A DNA stretch of 61,357 bases. It comes from Patescibacteria group bacterium (GTDB taxonomy: Bacteria; Patescibacteriota; Patescibacteriia; Patescibacteriales; UBA12465). A program made the position numbers and the translations under genes. Under the pieces are notes generated by a model that saw only the letters and a list, made by a program, of their open reading frames with translations, had not been told where the DNA came from and searched no databases. This document shows, piece by piece, positions 7,720-16,786 of the stretch. Numbering within the stretch: the stretch's first letter is position 1; each line of letters starts with the position of its first letter. Location of the stretch: assembly GCA_049317985.1 (NCBI GenBank), contig JBMOHF010000005.1:1-61357 (forward strand). Reading direction: 5' to 3'.

Positions 7720-10700
7720 CTACTTCTTAATCAAAAAATCAGACCCAACAAAATGCATCATATCAAGAGTGGTCTTGGTTTTCGGCAAGATTCTGACAAT
7801 TACGGCGTTACCAAAAAGATCGTCAATGGTGTCACCATCTTTTTTGATTAATTTTTTACTAATCATCATTTTTGCCTCACTGGCACCAATATATATTGGT
7901 TGATAATTTTTTCCGCTAACAACCACGGAGGCAAACCCTGAAATATTACTTTTTATTTTTTCTGGCGTATTAGTTGCCGTAATAAAGTAAAAATCTTTCA
8001 TAATCACTCCTTCGGCAACATATTTCACAGTTGCTTCGTTCTGCATTTTTAGGAAAGTATTGTTATTTACGAAATGATAATCATCAATCATTGTGCCGGT
8101 TGGCTTAAGAATTCCGACTATTTTCATGCTCGGAATGCTAAAGAAATCTTTTAGAGATTCGCCGACACTTTTAATTAAGCCCACTTTTTTCATCATTGCT
8201 CCTTCGGCCGAACCAACAATCATTTCATTGTCTCCTAAAATAATAGTTCCCTCTTTTGCAGTTAACGAACTTGGCATGGCATCAATTTTCAAAAATAGTT
8301 TCGGATTTCCTTCGGCAAAATCTATTTTTGTTTCACCACCAGCAATCAATAAGTTTAAGTCACTGGCAGTTTTCACTGATACTGTCAGATTCTCTCCTGG
8401 TACTTCCATACCAGTACTAAGTTTGGCAAATTCAAAAAAGCCAAAAGTAAAAATCACAACCATTAGTGCTGGAGCGACTAAAGATAAATAATTTTTTTTG
8501 TTTGGACGGAAGCGTTTAAGCAGCAAGGCATTGCCAACCACGGAGATAGAGCTCATTGCCATGGCTAAACCGGCTAATTCTGGCCTTAATACCAAACCAA
8601 AACTAACAAGAATTCTCGCAGCGATTGGAATTCCAATCACATTATAGAATAAGGCAAAGAACATATTCTGCTTAATCTTCCCCATTGTCTCACGAGAGAG
8701 CTGAAAAGCGGTCACTACGTCATTCAAATCACTCTTCATGATAACGATACCACCCGCTTCCATTGCAACATCAGTGCCTGAGCCCATCGCTATTCCTAAA
8801 TCAGCTTGAGCCAAGGCGGGCGCGTCATTAATTCCATCGCCAACCATGGCAACCTTAAAATTTTGTCGTTGCAATTTCTTGACCTCATTAGCTTTATCCT
8901 CTGGCAAAACTTCAGCTAAAACGTTCCTGATACCAACTTGATCGGCAATTGCTCGCGCTGTTCTCTCGTTGTCGCCAGTAATCATGTAGACAGTAATACC
9001 TAGTTTTTGCAGTTTAGTCACCGCTTCCTTCGAAGTTGGCTTGACGGCGTCCGCTACCGCAATCGCTCCCAAAACCTTTTCTTTTGTCGCTAGAATCATC
9101 GCAGTTTTTCCTGAATTTTCTAGAACGATGAGCTGACTATTAATTTTCTCAATTGATAATTTTAAAGTTTCCGTTATTAAGCGGCGGTTTCCAAAGTAAT
9201 ACTCAATACCATCCAAAATACCAGAAACTCCATGACCAGGAATGGCGGAAAAATTTTTTACTTCAAGCAAAGAAATTTTTTTCTCGTTAGTATGATTAAT
9301 GATTGCTTCAGCGAGAGGATGTTCTGATAACTTTTCTAAGCTAGCAGACAGAGTTAAAATTTTATTCTGTTCCAGGTCACAGAACGAAATAAGGTCGGTT
9401 ACTTCCGGCTTTCCTTTGGTTAAGGTACCAGTCTTATCAAAAATAACGGCCTTAATATGACAAGCCGCTTCCAGTGGTTCACCACCTTTAATTAAAATTC
9501 CATGCTCAGCGCCTCGACCCGTTCCCACCATTAAGGCAGTCGGTGTGGCCAACCCCAGGGCACAAGGACAAGCAATCAAAATTACGGCTGTGAAGGCCAT
9601 TAAAGCGAAAGATAAAGATGACCCTAGAATCAAATACCAGACAACAAAAGTCAAAACAGCGATACTTATCACAATCGGCACAAACACGGCCGCAATGCGG
9701 TCCGCAAAGCCCTGAATTGGTGCTTTAGACCCTTGAGCATCTTCAACGAGACGGATAATTTGAGCCAAGGCAGTTTCGCTACCAACGCGCAGTGCTTCAA
9801 ACTCAAAACTACCAGTTTTATTGATCGTTGCGCCAATCACTGAATCACCGACATTTTTTTCAACCGGCAAACTTTCTCCAGTAATCATTGACTCATCAAT
9901 TGAAGATGAGCCTTTAATAATCCTTCCATCAACCGGAATTTTTTCACCCGGACGAACAATAATTATGTCGCCGCGAACAACTTCTTCAATTGGCAGATCG
10001 AGTTCTTGTTCATTTCGTAAAACACGGGCAGTTTTTGCCTGAAGCCCCATTAACTTTTTAATGGCATCACCAGTCTTGCCCTTGGTGCGCATTTCTAGCC
10101 ATTTACCAAGAATCACAAAAGTAATTAGATAGGCAGCTGTCTCAAAATAAAGCTCAGGAATCTTTCCCGCCAAACCAATCAATGAATTGTTCAAAATAAA
10201 ATAATGAATCAAGTTAAAAAAACTATAAATATAGGCAGTAGAGGTGCCAATTGCCACCAGACTATCCATATTAAAAGTTTTCATCTTCAAAGATGCCCAC
10301 ATTCCTTTATAAAATACGGCCCCAACAATAAACTGAATCGGCGTAACTAAAATAAAGGAAAGAATGCCGACGTACGGCAAAATAGCCGTTTGTCCTGGTA
10401 GAGCAAAAAAATCCAATAACATGAAATAAAGCAACGGCAAACTAAGAACAAAACTAAACCAAAACTTTCTTGAATAATCTTTGCTTTCTTTTTCATGTTT
10501 TTTTCTTTCGTGGTCGCTATCACTTGGATCAATAATTTCGGCCTTATAACCGGCTTTAGCAACTACCTCAGTCAAGCCTTGTGGGCTTACTTGTGTTTCG
10601 TCATAATCAACTAAAACTTTCTCGGCAACAAAATTAACATTAGCAGAGTTTACGCCAGGAACTTTACCTAGAGATCGCTCGATCAAATTGGCGCAAGAAG

Positions 10701-10746
10701 AACAATGCATTCCAGAAAGCGACAAATTTATTCTTTTGTTTTCCAT
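7720..10746 (-). CDS. copA: copper-translocating P1B-type ATPase with C-terminal extension
   Basis: [36 protein letters not shown] and MxxSS motifs, plus about 260 extra C-terminal residues. Confidence 0.92.
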   Translation of the reverse strand: MENKRINLSLSGMHCSSCANLIERSLGKVPGVNSANVNFVAEKVLVDYDETQVSPQGLTEVVAKAGYKAEIIDPSDSDHERKKHEKESKDYSRKFWFSFVLSLPLLYFMLLDFFALPGQTAILPYVGILSFILVTPIQFIVGAVFYKGMWASLKMKTFNMDSLVAIGTSTAYIYSFFNLIHYFILNNSLIGLAGKIPELYFETAAYLITFVILGKWLEMRTKGKTGDAIKKLMGLQAKTARVLRNEQELDLPIEEVVRGDIIIVRPGEKIPVDGRIIKGSSSIDESMITGESLPVEKNVGDSVIGATINKTGSFEFEALRVGSETALAQIIRLVEDAQGSKAPIQGFADRIAAVFVPIVISIAVLTFVVWYLILGSSLSFALMAFTAVILIACPCALGLATPTALMVGTGRGAEHGILIKGGEPLEAACHIKAVIFDKTGTLTKGKPEVTDLISFCDLEQNKILTLSASLEKLSEHPLAEAIINHTNEKKISLLEVKNFSAIPGHGVSGILDGIEYYFGNRRLITETLKLSIEKINSQLIVLENSGKTAMILATKEKVLGAIAVADAVKPTSKEAVTKLQKLGITVYMITGDNERTARAIADQVGIRNVLAEVLPEDKANEVKKLQRQNFKVAMVGDGINDAPALAQADLGIAMGSGTDVAMEAGGIVIMKSDLNDVVTAFQLSRETMGKIKQNMFFALFYNVIGIPIAARILVSFGLVLRPELAGLAMAMSSISVVGNALLLKRFRPNKKNYLSLVAPALMVVIFTFGFFEFAKLSTGMEVPGENLTVSVKTASDLNLLIAGGETKIDFAEGNPKLFLKIDAMPSSLTAKEGTIILGDNEMIVGSAEGAMMKKVGLIKSVGESLKDFFSIPSMKIVGILKPTGTMIDDYHFVNNNTFLKMQNEATVKYVAEGVIMKDFYFITATNTPEKIKSNISGFASVVVSGKNYQPIYIGASEAKMMISKKLIKKDGDTIDDLFGNAVIVRILPKTKTTLDMMHFVGSDFLIKK

Positions 10747-10770
10747 ATATATAAATTTATTAATTTAAAG

Positions 10771-12603
10771 TTATTTAACTTCAATCCAACCCCGAACGAT
10801 TCCCATCGCGCAAGTTATAATGTATTGGCCAGTTTTTTCCGGAGTAAATTCCATAACAACCGTTTCTCCGGCAATTAGCGGCTGTGGTTTATCAAAAAGC
10901 CCCTGAACTTCGATTTGATTCATACAACCAACTCCATCTTCTTTAGCAAAAACTTCTAAGCGAACTGGCTCTCCGACTTTTACGGTAAATTTATTCGGCT
11001 GGATATCGTTAGCTAAAGTATACGAAGTTTTAAGAACTTGAATATTTTTTGTAGTTTCGGCTGACGTGGATTGATTATTACTAACAATTTTTACCCCTCC
11101 TCCACTACAACCACAACCGCTAGCGGTGCCGCCGCCACAAGATTCTCCATTACTACTTGCTCGAGCCATACCGCACGAACTACCGCTGGTAATCGGAGCA
11201 GCGTTATCGCTGGAGGAATTTGAGTTAAGTGTCAAATCTCCATCATAAACATTAAAAACACCAGTATACATCCCCATGGAGCAAGAAAATGGTAAACTGC
11301 CAGCATCCCTTGGCGTGAATTCAATTATATTTTTTCCAGCTTCAAGGGTTTTTTCGATATTAAGTTTTGGTAAGATTAAAGAACTGGCACAAGAATAAGG
11401 AGCTTGAGCATCAATAATCCATTTTACTGGCACACCTTTTTTGATCGAAAAACTATTTGGTGAATAACCGCGATTTCCCTCAGTCATTCGAACAACCTGA
11501 ATACCGTTTTCCATTGTGACATTTGGGTCATTAGTTACCTTTTCCTGTTTGTTGCGCTCTACTTTTCCGCCGCCAAGACTGGCTAAGGTGTAGGCGTTAC
11601 TCAAATTAAATAGAGCAAAGGCGATGAGCGCTAAGCCGGCAATCTTGAAAAACCTCTCTTTAAATGATCCCTTAACTAGCGAAGTTAAACCGGCGATACT
11701 AAGCAAACCTGGTGCCGTTCCAAGAGCAAATAGCCCCATCACCACAAAACCTGACCAAAAATTGCCAGTACTAACGGCGTAAAGTTGCATAGCCTGCGTA
11801 AAACCGCATGGTAAAAAGAAAGTTAGCGCACCCATCATCATCGCCTTTCCATGGCTGTATTCACTAGACTTTTGACTAAAGCCAAAGGCCCGACTAATAC
11901 TTTTTGGTAACGTAAGTTTGAACTTACTTAGGCGAGGGAAAATATTAGTTAATTGTAGTCCCATAAGCAGCATCGCTACTGCTACAAAAACAGTGATGAT
12001 ACTATTAGTTAAAGCCGACATCTTAAATACCGAACCAATAACACCAAGAAGCCCGCCTAATATCGCATAGGAAATAATTCGGCCACCAATAAAGAAAAGA
12101 TGAGGACGAAATTTTTCATTTACTTTCGCTTCCGGGTGATTAGCGAGAAATTTTGTTGATAAGCCTAACGACAAACCACCAACTAAAGCCATACAAGTAG
12201 AAAATCCTGCCACCAAACCAATAAACACCACCATCCCAAAGCCAGGGCTACTCAAATCAGAATTAAAACCAAGACTAGTTAAGCCGAGCGCTTTTAAAGA
12301 TAAATAGATCGCTAATAAAATCAAAAAAGCTAAACCAAGATTGCGATATTCCTTACTATCTTTAGAAATCCAAGAACTTTCATCGTCGTGGCCAATTTGG
12401 TAACCAGCTTTAATAATTGTTTCTTTTAATTTATCCAAGGAAGGCTCAACACCATTATAATAAATAGTGGCCTCTCCGGAGTGATAATTAGTTGTCACCG
12501 ACTTTACTCCTTCAACTTCTTTGAGATCTTCTTCGATCAATAGTTCGCAGGAACGACAGTGCATTCCTTTGACTGGTATTTTTAGAGATTTATTTTTAGA
12601 CAT
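10771..12603 (-). CDS. HMA + DsbD_2/TauE-like membrane domain + two cupredoxin-like domains
   Basis: GMHCRSC; GFSTC and LPCG membrane Cys; CSMGM and CAMGI cupredoxin ends; Cys/Gly-rich linker. Confidence 0.85.
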   Translation of the reverse strand: MSKNKSLKIPVKGMHCRSCELLIEEDLKEVEGVKSVTTNYHSGEATIYYNGVEPSLDKLKETIIKAGYQIGHDDESSWISKDSKEYRNLGLAFLILLAIYLSLKALGLTSLGFNSDLSSPGFGMVVFIGLVAGFSTCMALVGGLSLGLSTKFLANHPEAKVNEKFRPHLFFIGGRIISYAILGGLLGVIGSVFKMSALTNSIITVFVAVAMLLMGLQLTNIFPRLSKFKLTLPKSISRAFGFSQKSSEYSHGKAMMMGALTFFLPCGFTQAMQLYAVSTGNFWSGFVVMGLFALGTAPGLLSIAGLTSLVKGSFKERFFKIAGLALIAFALFNLSNAYTLASLGGGKVERNKQEKVTNDPNVTMENGIQVVRMTEGNRGYSPNSFSIKKGVPVKWIIDAQAPYSCASSLILPKLNIEKTLEAGKNIIEFTPRDAGSLPFSCSMGMYTGVFNVYDGDLTLNSNSSSDNAAPITSGSSCGMARASSNGESCGGGTASGCGCSGGGVKIVSNNQSTSAETTKNIQVLKTSYTLANDIQPNKFTVKVGEPVRLEVFAKEDGVGCMNQIEVQGLFDKPQPLIAGETVVMEFTPEKTGQYIITCAMGIVRGWIEVK

Positions 12604-12630
12604 AAAAAGAATTATTTTAGTTTATTTAAC

Positions 12631-12653
12631 AAAAAACCGGTAAATATTTACCG
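12631..12653 (-). terminator. possible attenuator/terminator inside the copper operon
   Basis: Perfect palindrome CGGTAAATATTTACCG (12638-12653) followed on the minus strand by GTTTTTT. Confidence 0.45.
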
Positions 12654-12669
12654 TTAAACAATAATTCAA

Positions 12670-13035
12670 TTATAGACGAAGAACCGTCACCTTGAGCGCC
12701 AAAAGCTTTGGCGGCGGAATAATTAGAGGGTTAAAAACTATAATCGTTTTTACTACCTCTGGTGGCGGTGTATTTAAGAAAAATATAGTACCAATAAACT
12801 TCGCTAGTTCGGCGGATTGGCTATTAATAACCGCTTCTGGATGAGCACTGGGCTGACAACAAGGCATCAGGGAATGCTGACCGTCAATGAGAGGGCTTGG
12901 CGTCATCTTAGTGACCGAGTCGCTTTCGCAATGGTCACAATCGCCAAGCAACCCTTGGGCGCAAAAAACAATAGTCAGCTGAAAAGTAGCGACCAACAAA
13001 AAAGCAACAATGAATTTTGTGAAATATTTTTTCAT
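12670..13035 (-). CDS. secreted Cys/His/Pro-rich leader-like protein (CxxC, PCC, C-terminal PPP)
   Basis: Signal-like N-terminus, CDHC, MPCC, IIPPPKLLALKVTVLRL. The start overlaps the csoR stop. Confidence 0.7.
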   Translation of the reverse strand: MKKYFTKFIVAFLLVATFQLTIVFCAQGLLGDCDHCESDSVTKMTPSPLIDGQHSLMPCCQPSAHPEAVINSQSAELAKFIGTIFFLNTPPPEVVKTIIVFNPLIIPPPKLLALKVTVLRL

Positions 13036-13313
13036 TAATCTAATTTTCTAAAGATTTGCATCAACTCCGCAACTGCCTTATCTTTGCCGTCACCCTTGCT
13101 TTGCATTGCTCTCACCACACAACTATTAAGATGGTTGGCGAGCAATACTTCCTCAGCTTTCTTAACGGCGCTCCGAACCGCCGAAGTCTGCTGCAAGACG
13201 TCAACGCAATAAACACCACTCTCCACCATTTCAATGGTTTTTCTGAGGTGTCCTTCGACAATCTTCAAGCGGCGAGCAACGTCTTCACGCGGAGTTAACT
13301 TTTCTTTAGTCAT
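13035..13313 (-). CDS. csoR: CsoR/RcnR-family metal-sensing repressor
   Basis: RLKIVEGH, YCVDVL and HLNSCV (Cys-His-Cys ligands). Start reassigned to MTKEK at 13313 because the upstream ATG lies in the promoter/operator. Confidence 0.88.
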   Translation of the reverse strand: MTKEKLTPREDVARRLKIVEGHLRKTIEMVESGVYCVDVLQQTSAVRSAVKKAEEVLLANHLNSCVVRAMQSKGDGKDKAVAELMQIFRKLD

Positions 13314-13333
13314 AGTGATAATTAAATTATAGC

Positions 13334-13393
13334 TACCCTCCCCCTGGGGGGTGGGGATACTCATATAATACTCTTTTTAGGAAAGAGGGTCAA
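13334..13393 (-). promoter_or_regulatory. copper operon promoter with CsoR-type G/C-tract operator
   Basis: TTGACC(13393-13388)-17-TATTAT(13370-13365). An imperfect palindrome TACCCTCCCCC-TG-GGGGGTGGGGA (13334-13357) lies just downstream, typical of CsoR operators. Confidence 0.75.
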
Positions 13394-13397
13394 TAAA

Positions 13398-14369
13398 TTA
13401 TTTATCCCACAAAAATCCGCCACCGAAACTTCCCCATTCGGCTAATTTTTGATACTGCGGTCTTTTTAATTTTAAAAAATCACTAATACCTCCGGGCGTT
13501 AGATTATAACCACTCACCTGGATATCTTCTTTGGAATTATCTAATTTGGTAATCTCAGCGGTAACCATTACTGGTTCAGCAACTCCAATAGAATAAGCAA
13601 TTTTTACCAATACCTCCCTGGCCAAATATATTTTTAGTAAGTCGACAGCAATCTTACGGGCCATATACGCACCAGAACGATCAACTTTTGTGGCGTCTTT
13701 GCCGGAGAAAGCACCACCACCAATCGGAATTTGTGGGCCGTAGTTGTCGCAAGCTAGTTTGCGACCAGTAACCCCAGTGTCCGAAGCAAATCCCCCCTGA
13801 CTCCAATCACCCGCTGGATTGAGATATATATTTTTTATCTCTTCAATTTCCTGATTTTTCAACCAGTTATTTACTAATTTTTCAAGTTCATCTTTTTTGA
13901 CGCCACAAAAACTAACAACGACTGACTCCAATTTTCCGTCGTTAATTGTGATTTGAGTTTTTCCATCAACCGGGTGCATATTATAAAGATAACGACACAA
14001 ATCTTTAGCTAAATATATTTCCTGAGGAATGAAGGCGGTATTTTCATTACAAGCATAACCAACCATAATTCCCTGATCACCTGCAACGCCGATATCAACG
14101 CCAGCGGCAATTTCCTGACTCTGACGAACAATATTAGTCTGAATACCATAGTTATCACCAACAATTTCTCTGGCAATTTTTGAGGCATCTATTTGTGCAA
14201 TTGTTGTTAACTCGCCGGTAATGGTAACCAGATTGTGTCCGCCCATCGTTTCAATGGCAACGCGACTATCCGGATCTTGAGCCAAACAGGCATCGAGAAT
14301 AGCATCGCTAATCTGATCACATATTTTATCTGGGTGCATAGGGGTTACGGCTTCAGCTGTTTTAAACAT
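13398..14369 (-). CDS. metK: S-adenosylmethionine synthetase (compact form)
   Basis: HPDKICDQISD, AGDQG, DTGVTGRK and GGGAFSGKDATKVDRSGAY motifs. Start set at MFKTAE (14369), downstream of the riboswitch. Confidence 0.92.
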   Translation of the reverse strand: MFKTAEAVTPMHPDKICDQISDAILDACLAQDPDSRVAIETMGGHNLVTITGELTTIAQIDASKIAREIVGDNYGIQTNIVRQSQEIAAGVDIGVAGDQGIMVGYACNENTAFIPQEIYLAKDLCRYLYNMHPVDGKTQITINDGKLESVVVSFCGVKKDELEKLVNNWLKNQEIEEIKNIYLNPAGDWSQGGFASDTGVTGRKLACDNYGPQIPIGGGAFSGKDATKVDRSGAYMARKIAVDLLKIYLAREVLVKIAYSIGVAEPVMVTAEITKLDNSKEDIQVSGYNLTPGGISDFLKLKRPQYQKLAEWGSFGGGFLWDK

Positions 14370-14390
14370 AGATTTTTTATAATTAATAAT

Positions 14391-14426
14391 AAAAAACTCT
14401 TCCACCTTTTGAGAGAGAAAGAGTTT
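14391..14426 (-). terminator. riboswitch expression-platform terminator
   Basis: Minus strand AAACTCTTTC...GGAAGAGTTT followed by TTTATT, between the aptamer and the metK start. Confidence 0.6.
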
Positions 14427-14454
14427 CTTTATTTTGGAAAATAAAAAATCGACC

Positions 14455-14567
14455 TTTATCTTTCCCACAAAAACGGGGATGGAGTTAGCACCTTTTTGAA
14501 AGAGTCATCTTTCAAAGGTTGCTGGGTAGATCTTCGGGCCAATTCCCTCACTACCGCTCTTGATAAA
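14455..14567 (-). ncRNA. SAM-I (S-box) riboswitch
   Basis: Minus strand TTTATCAAGAGCGGTAGTGAGGGAATTGGCCCGAAGATCTACCCAGCAACC...GGTGCTAACTCC...GATAAA contains the hallmark SAM-I segments and P1 pairing (TTTATC/GATAAA), directly upstream of metK. Confidence 0.93.
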
Positions 14568-14624
14568 CAATGATATTTAGTTATGCAAATATAATAACGC
14601 GAAATTTTTCGATTGGCAAATACA

Positions 14625-14652
14625 AAAAGTGAGCCCCGAAGGGCTCACTTTT
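14625..14652. terminator. intrinsic terminator
   Basis: AAAAGTGAGCCC-CGAA-GGGCTCACTTTT perfect stem. Confidence 0.8.
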
Positions 14653-14671
14653 CTATATCCAGAAATAAATT

Positions 14672-15487
14672 TTATTTCATTGCTTTTTTTGGAGCCTCGC
14701 CTCGCTTCGCGGGCGAAGCGGGAGCTTTTTTGGCTACAACTTTTTTAGCAATAATCTTTTCAGCTACTTCCTTGACAGCTTTCTCAACCTTCGCAGCAAC
14801 TTTTTTTGCCGCTTTCTTTGGTTCGGCAATCACCTCTTCAACTTCTTTCTGAACTTCTTTTACTACCTCCTTAATAACTTCTTTTGCTGTTTCTTTTTTC
14901 CCCTTACCTTCAAAAGATGGGCAAGTAGACAAAGCGCGTAAGATTTTATCAAGTTTTTCGTTTAAGATCTCAAATTGAGTATTGTCGTTTGAACGACTTG
15001 GACGTTCAGAACTTTTGTTGCTATTGTTGTCGGATTTACCGAAGCATTCACTGCAATAAACTGGTTTTCCAGAAGATGGCTTGAATGGAACTTCACAGGC
15101 ATCACCGCATTCAGAACAAACCGCTTCAAACATTCGTTTTTCTTCAAAGCTAGAGCGATCATCGCGACCGCGTGCTCCAAAAGATGGGCGATCAGAACTG
15201 CGACCACGGTCACCAAAAGATGGACGCTCATCTCTTCCTCGTGAAGGACGAGCAGATGAATCATCTTTTCCCTTGAAACAATTACTGCAGAATACGGGCT
15301 TATCGGAAACTGGCTTGAATGGAACCTCGCAAGAGTTTCCACATTCAGCACAAGTTGCCCGATGCATTGTTGGGCGCTCGGAACTATCGCGGCCAAAGCC
15401 GCCACGACTACCTGAATCTCTGCGGCCAAAGTTGCCGCCACTACTTTTTCGATCCCCGAATCCACCACCACGCGTAAAATTTTTCAT
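14672..15487 (-). CDS. CxxC-x17-CxxC zinc-binding domain protein (2 copies) with RG-rich linkers and K/A-rich tail
   Basis: CAECGNSCEVPFKP...PVFCSNCF and CSECGDACEVPFKP...PVYCSECF. Confidence 0.85.
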   Translation of the reverse strand: MKNFTRGGGFGDRKSSGGNFGRRDSGSRGGFGRDSSERPTMHRATCAECGNSCEVPFKPVSDKPVFCSNCFKGKDDSSARPSRGRDERPSFGDRGRSSDRPSFGARGRDDRSSFEEKRMFEAVCSECGDACEVPFKPSSGKPVYCSECFGKSDNNSNKSSERPSRSNDNTQFEILNEKLDKILRALSTCPSFEGKGKKETAKEVIKEVVKEVQKEVEEVIAEPKKAAKKVAAKVEKAVKEVAEKIIAKKVVAKKAPASPAKRGEAPKKAMK

Positions 15488-15608
15488 AAATAAATTTAAG
15501 TTATTATAGTTTAAGTCTACAGTTTTCAGTATATAAAATCAATATATCCCTGTAATCAAAATCCCGCCTCAATCGAAATTGGGCGGGACCTTGATTTCAA
15601 GCGCGGGT

Positions 15609-15806
15609 TTAAGCGCGACGAACGTTGACAGCGTTCATTCCCTTTGGAGACATTTCTGTTTCGAAAGAAACTGTTTCGCCCTCACGTAATTCGTTGAATT
15701 GGACGTCAACTAAAGAGTTGCTATGGAAGAATAAATCCTTCTCCTGTCCTTCAATAGCGATGAAACCGAAACCTTTGTCGGTCAAAGCTTTAATAATACC
15801 AGTCAT
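15609..15806 (-). CDS. cold-shock domain protein
   Basis: KGFGFI (RNP1) and DLFFH (RNP2), 65 aa. Confidence 0.92.
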   Translation of the reverse strand: MTGIIKALTDKGFGFIAIEGQEKDLFFHSNSLVDVQFNELREGETVSFETEMSPKGMNAVNVRRA

Positions 15807-16035
15807 AAAAATTTTAGACTTAGTTTGTAAGTTTGCAAGTGAATAAAGGTAATAAAGCTCGACGACTTTTTGGCACGATATTTTTGCTCCAATATCATAC
15901 CACGTGAAAATAAATATGTCAAGGATTATGGTTAAATCGATAATATTGGCTCATATTAAGCAATATACTGTTCTTTTGTTTAAAAAATAAAAGCTATAGA
16001 ATAAAAACTATAGCTTTTAAAACACGTAGGTTTAA

Positions 16036-16314
16036 TTATTTTTGTTCAAAAAATAATTTCCAGTATTCGAGATTACTTTTATTTGTAATTGCTTTCACAT
16101 TTTCCAATTCAATCTCTTCAACGTAGACTGAATAGAAAAACCCCCCATCCTCTACTGCAAATAATATTTTTTCACTGTTTAAAATTTTACCGACTTCATC
16201 ACAAGCATTAATTGCTGCTTGTTTTGACGGAGTCGAGCCCGCATAAGTTTCACAAAAAGCAACCACCGGCTTGCTTAATGTGTTTTTCATAATTTGATTA
16301 ATTAATTTTGCCAT
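16036..16314 (-). CDS. hypothetical protein
   Basis: 92-aa ORF followed by a hairpin at about 15988-16018. Confidence 0.55.
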   Translation of the reverse strand: MAKLINQIMKNTLSKPVVAFCETYAGSTPSKQAAINACDEVGKILNSEKILFAVEDGGFFYSVYVEEIELENVKAITNKSNLEYWKLFFEQK

Positions 16315-16487
16315 GATTGTGTAACTTTTTTTAGAAGATTTATTTGAATAATTTAATTATTAACAAACGAGTTAACAGAATAATATATCATATTTACCAT
16401 TTTAATACAATAATGCCAATAGTAAACAAAATTGACAAGTCCCAGCGATTAATTTAATATAATTAGAACCAATAAATCCTTTAACAA

Positions 16488-16754
16488 ATGGAAAATGCAC
16501 AAAGCCCGAGGAAAATATTACATAATATTTCATCAACCATCATATTAATCGTAGCAACTTATGCAATCTACGCAATTATTACCATAATTTTTAGACCAAT
16601 TGAAGGTCTTCTAAAACTACTTGATTATTTCTTCGTAATTCAAAAAGGAACTGATTTATATATCGACATTGTTTTTATAACGTCAATGTTTATAATATGT
16701 GTCATTTATTTATCTTTAAAGAAAATTTTCATAAAAAAAGACCCTCCAAAATAA
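16488..16754 (+). CDS. hypothetical membrane protein (2 TM)
   Basis: Two hydrophobic stretches and an upstream TTGACA at 16432. Confidence 0.6.
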   Translation: MENAQSPRKILHNISSTIILIVATYAIYAIITIIFRPIEGLLKLLDYFFVIQKGTDLYIDIVFITSMFIICVIYLSLKKIFIKKDPPK

Positions 16755-16786
16755 GGGTCTTTTTAAATTGCTAATCGATGCCGAAA

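Noticed and set aside
13314..13364. N-terminal extension of CsoR
   Set aside because: It is encoded by the operator region immediately downstream of the -10 box.
14370..14468. 33-aa N-terminal extension of MetK in the ORF track
   Set aside because: It overlaps the SAM-I aptamer end and terminator; the family N-terminus begins at MFKTAE.
14613..15846. Alternative and antisense ORFs over the CxxC-x17-CxxC and csp genes
   Set aside because: Shadow frames of well-supported genes with no independent motifs.
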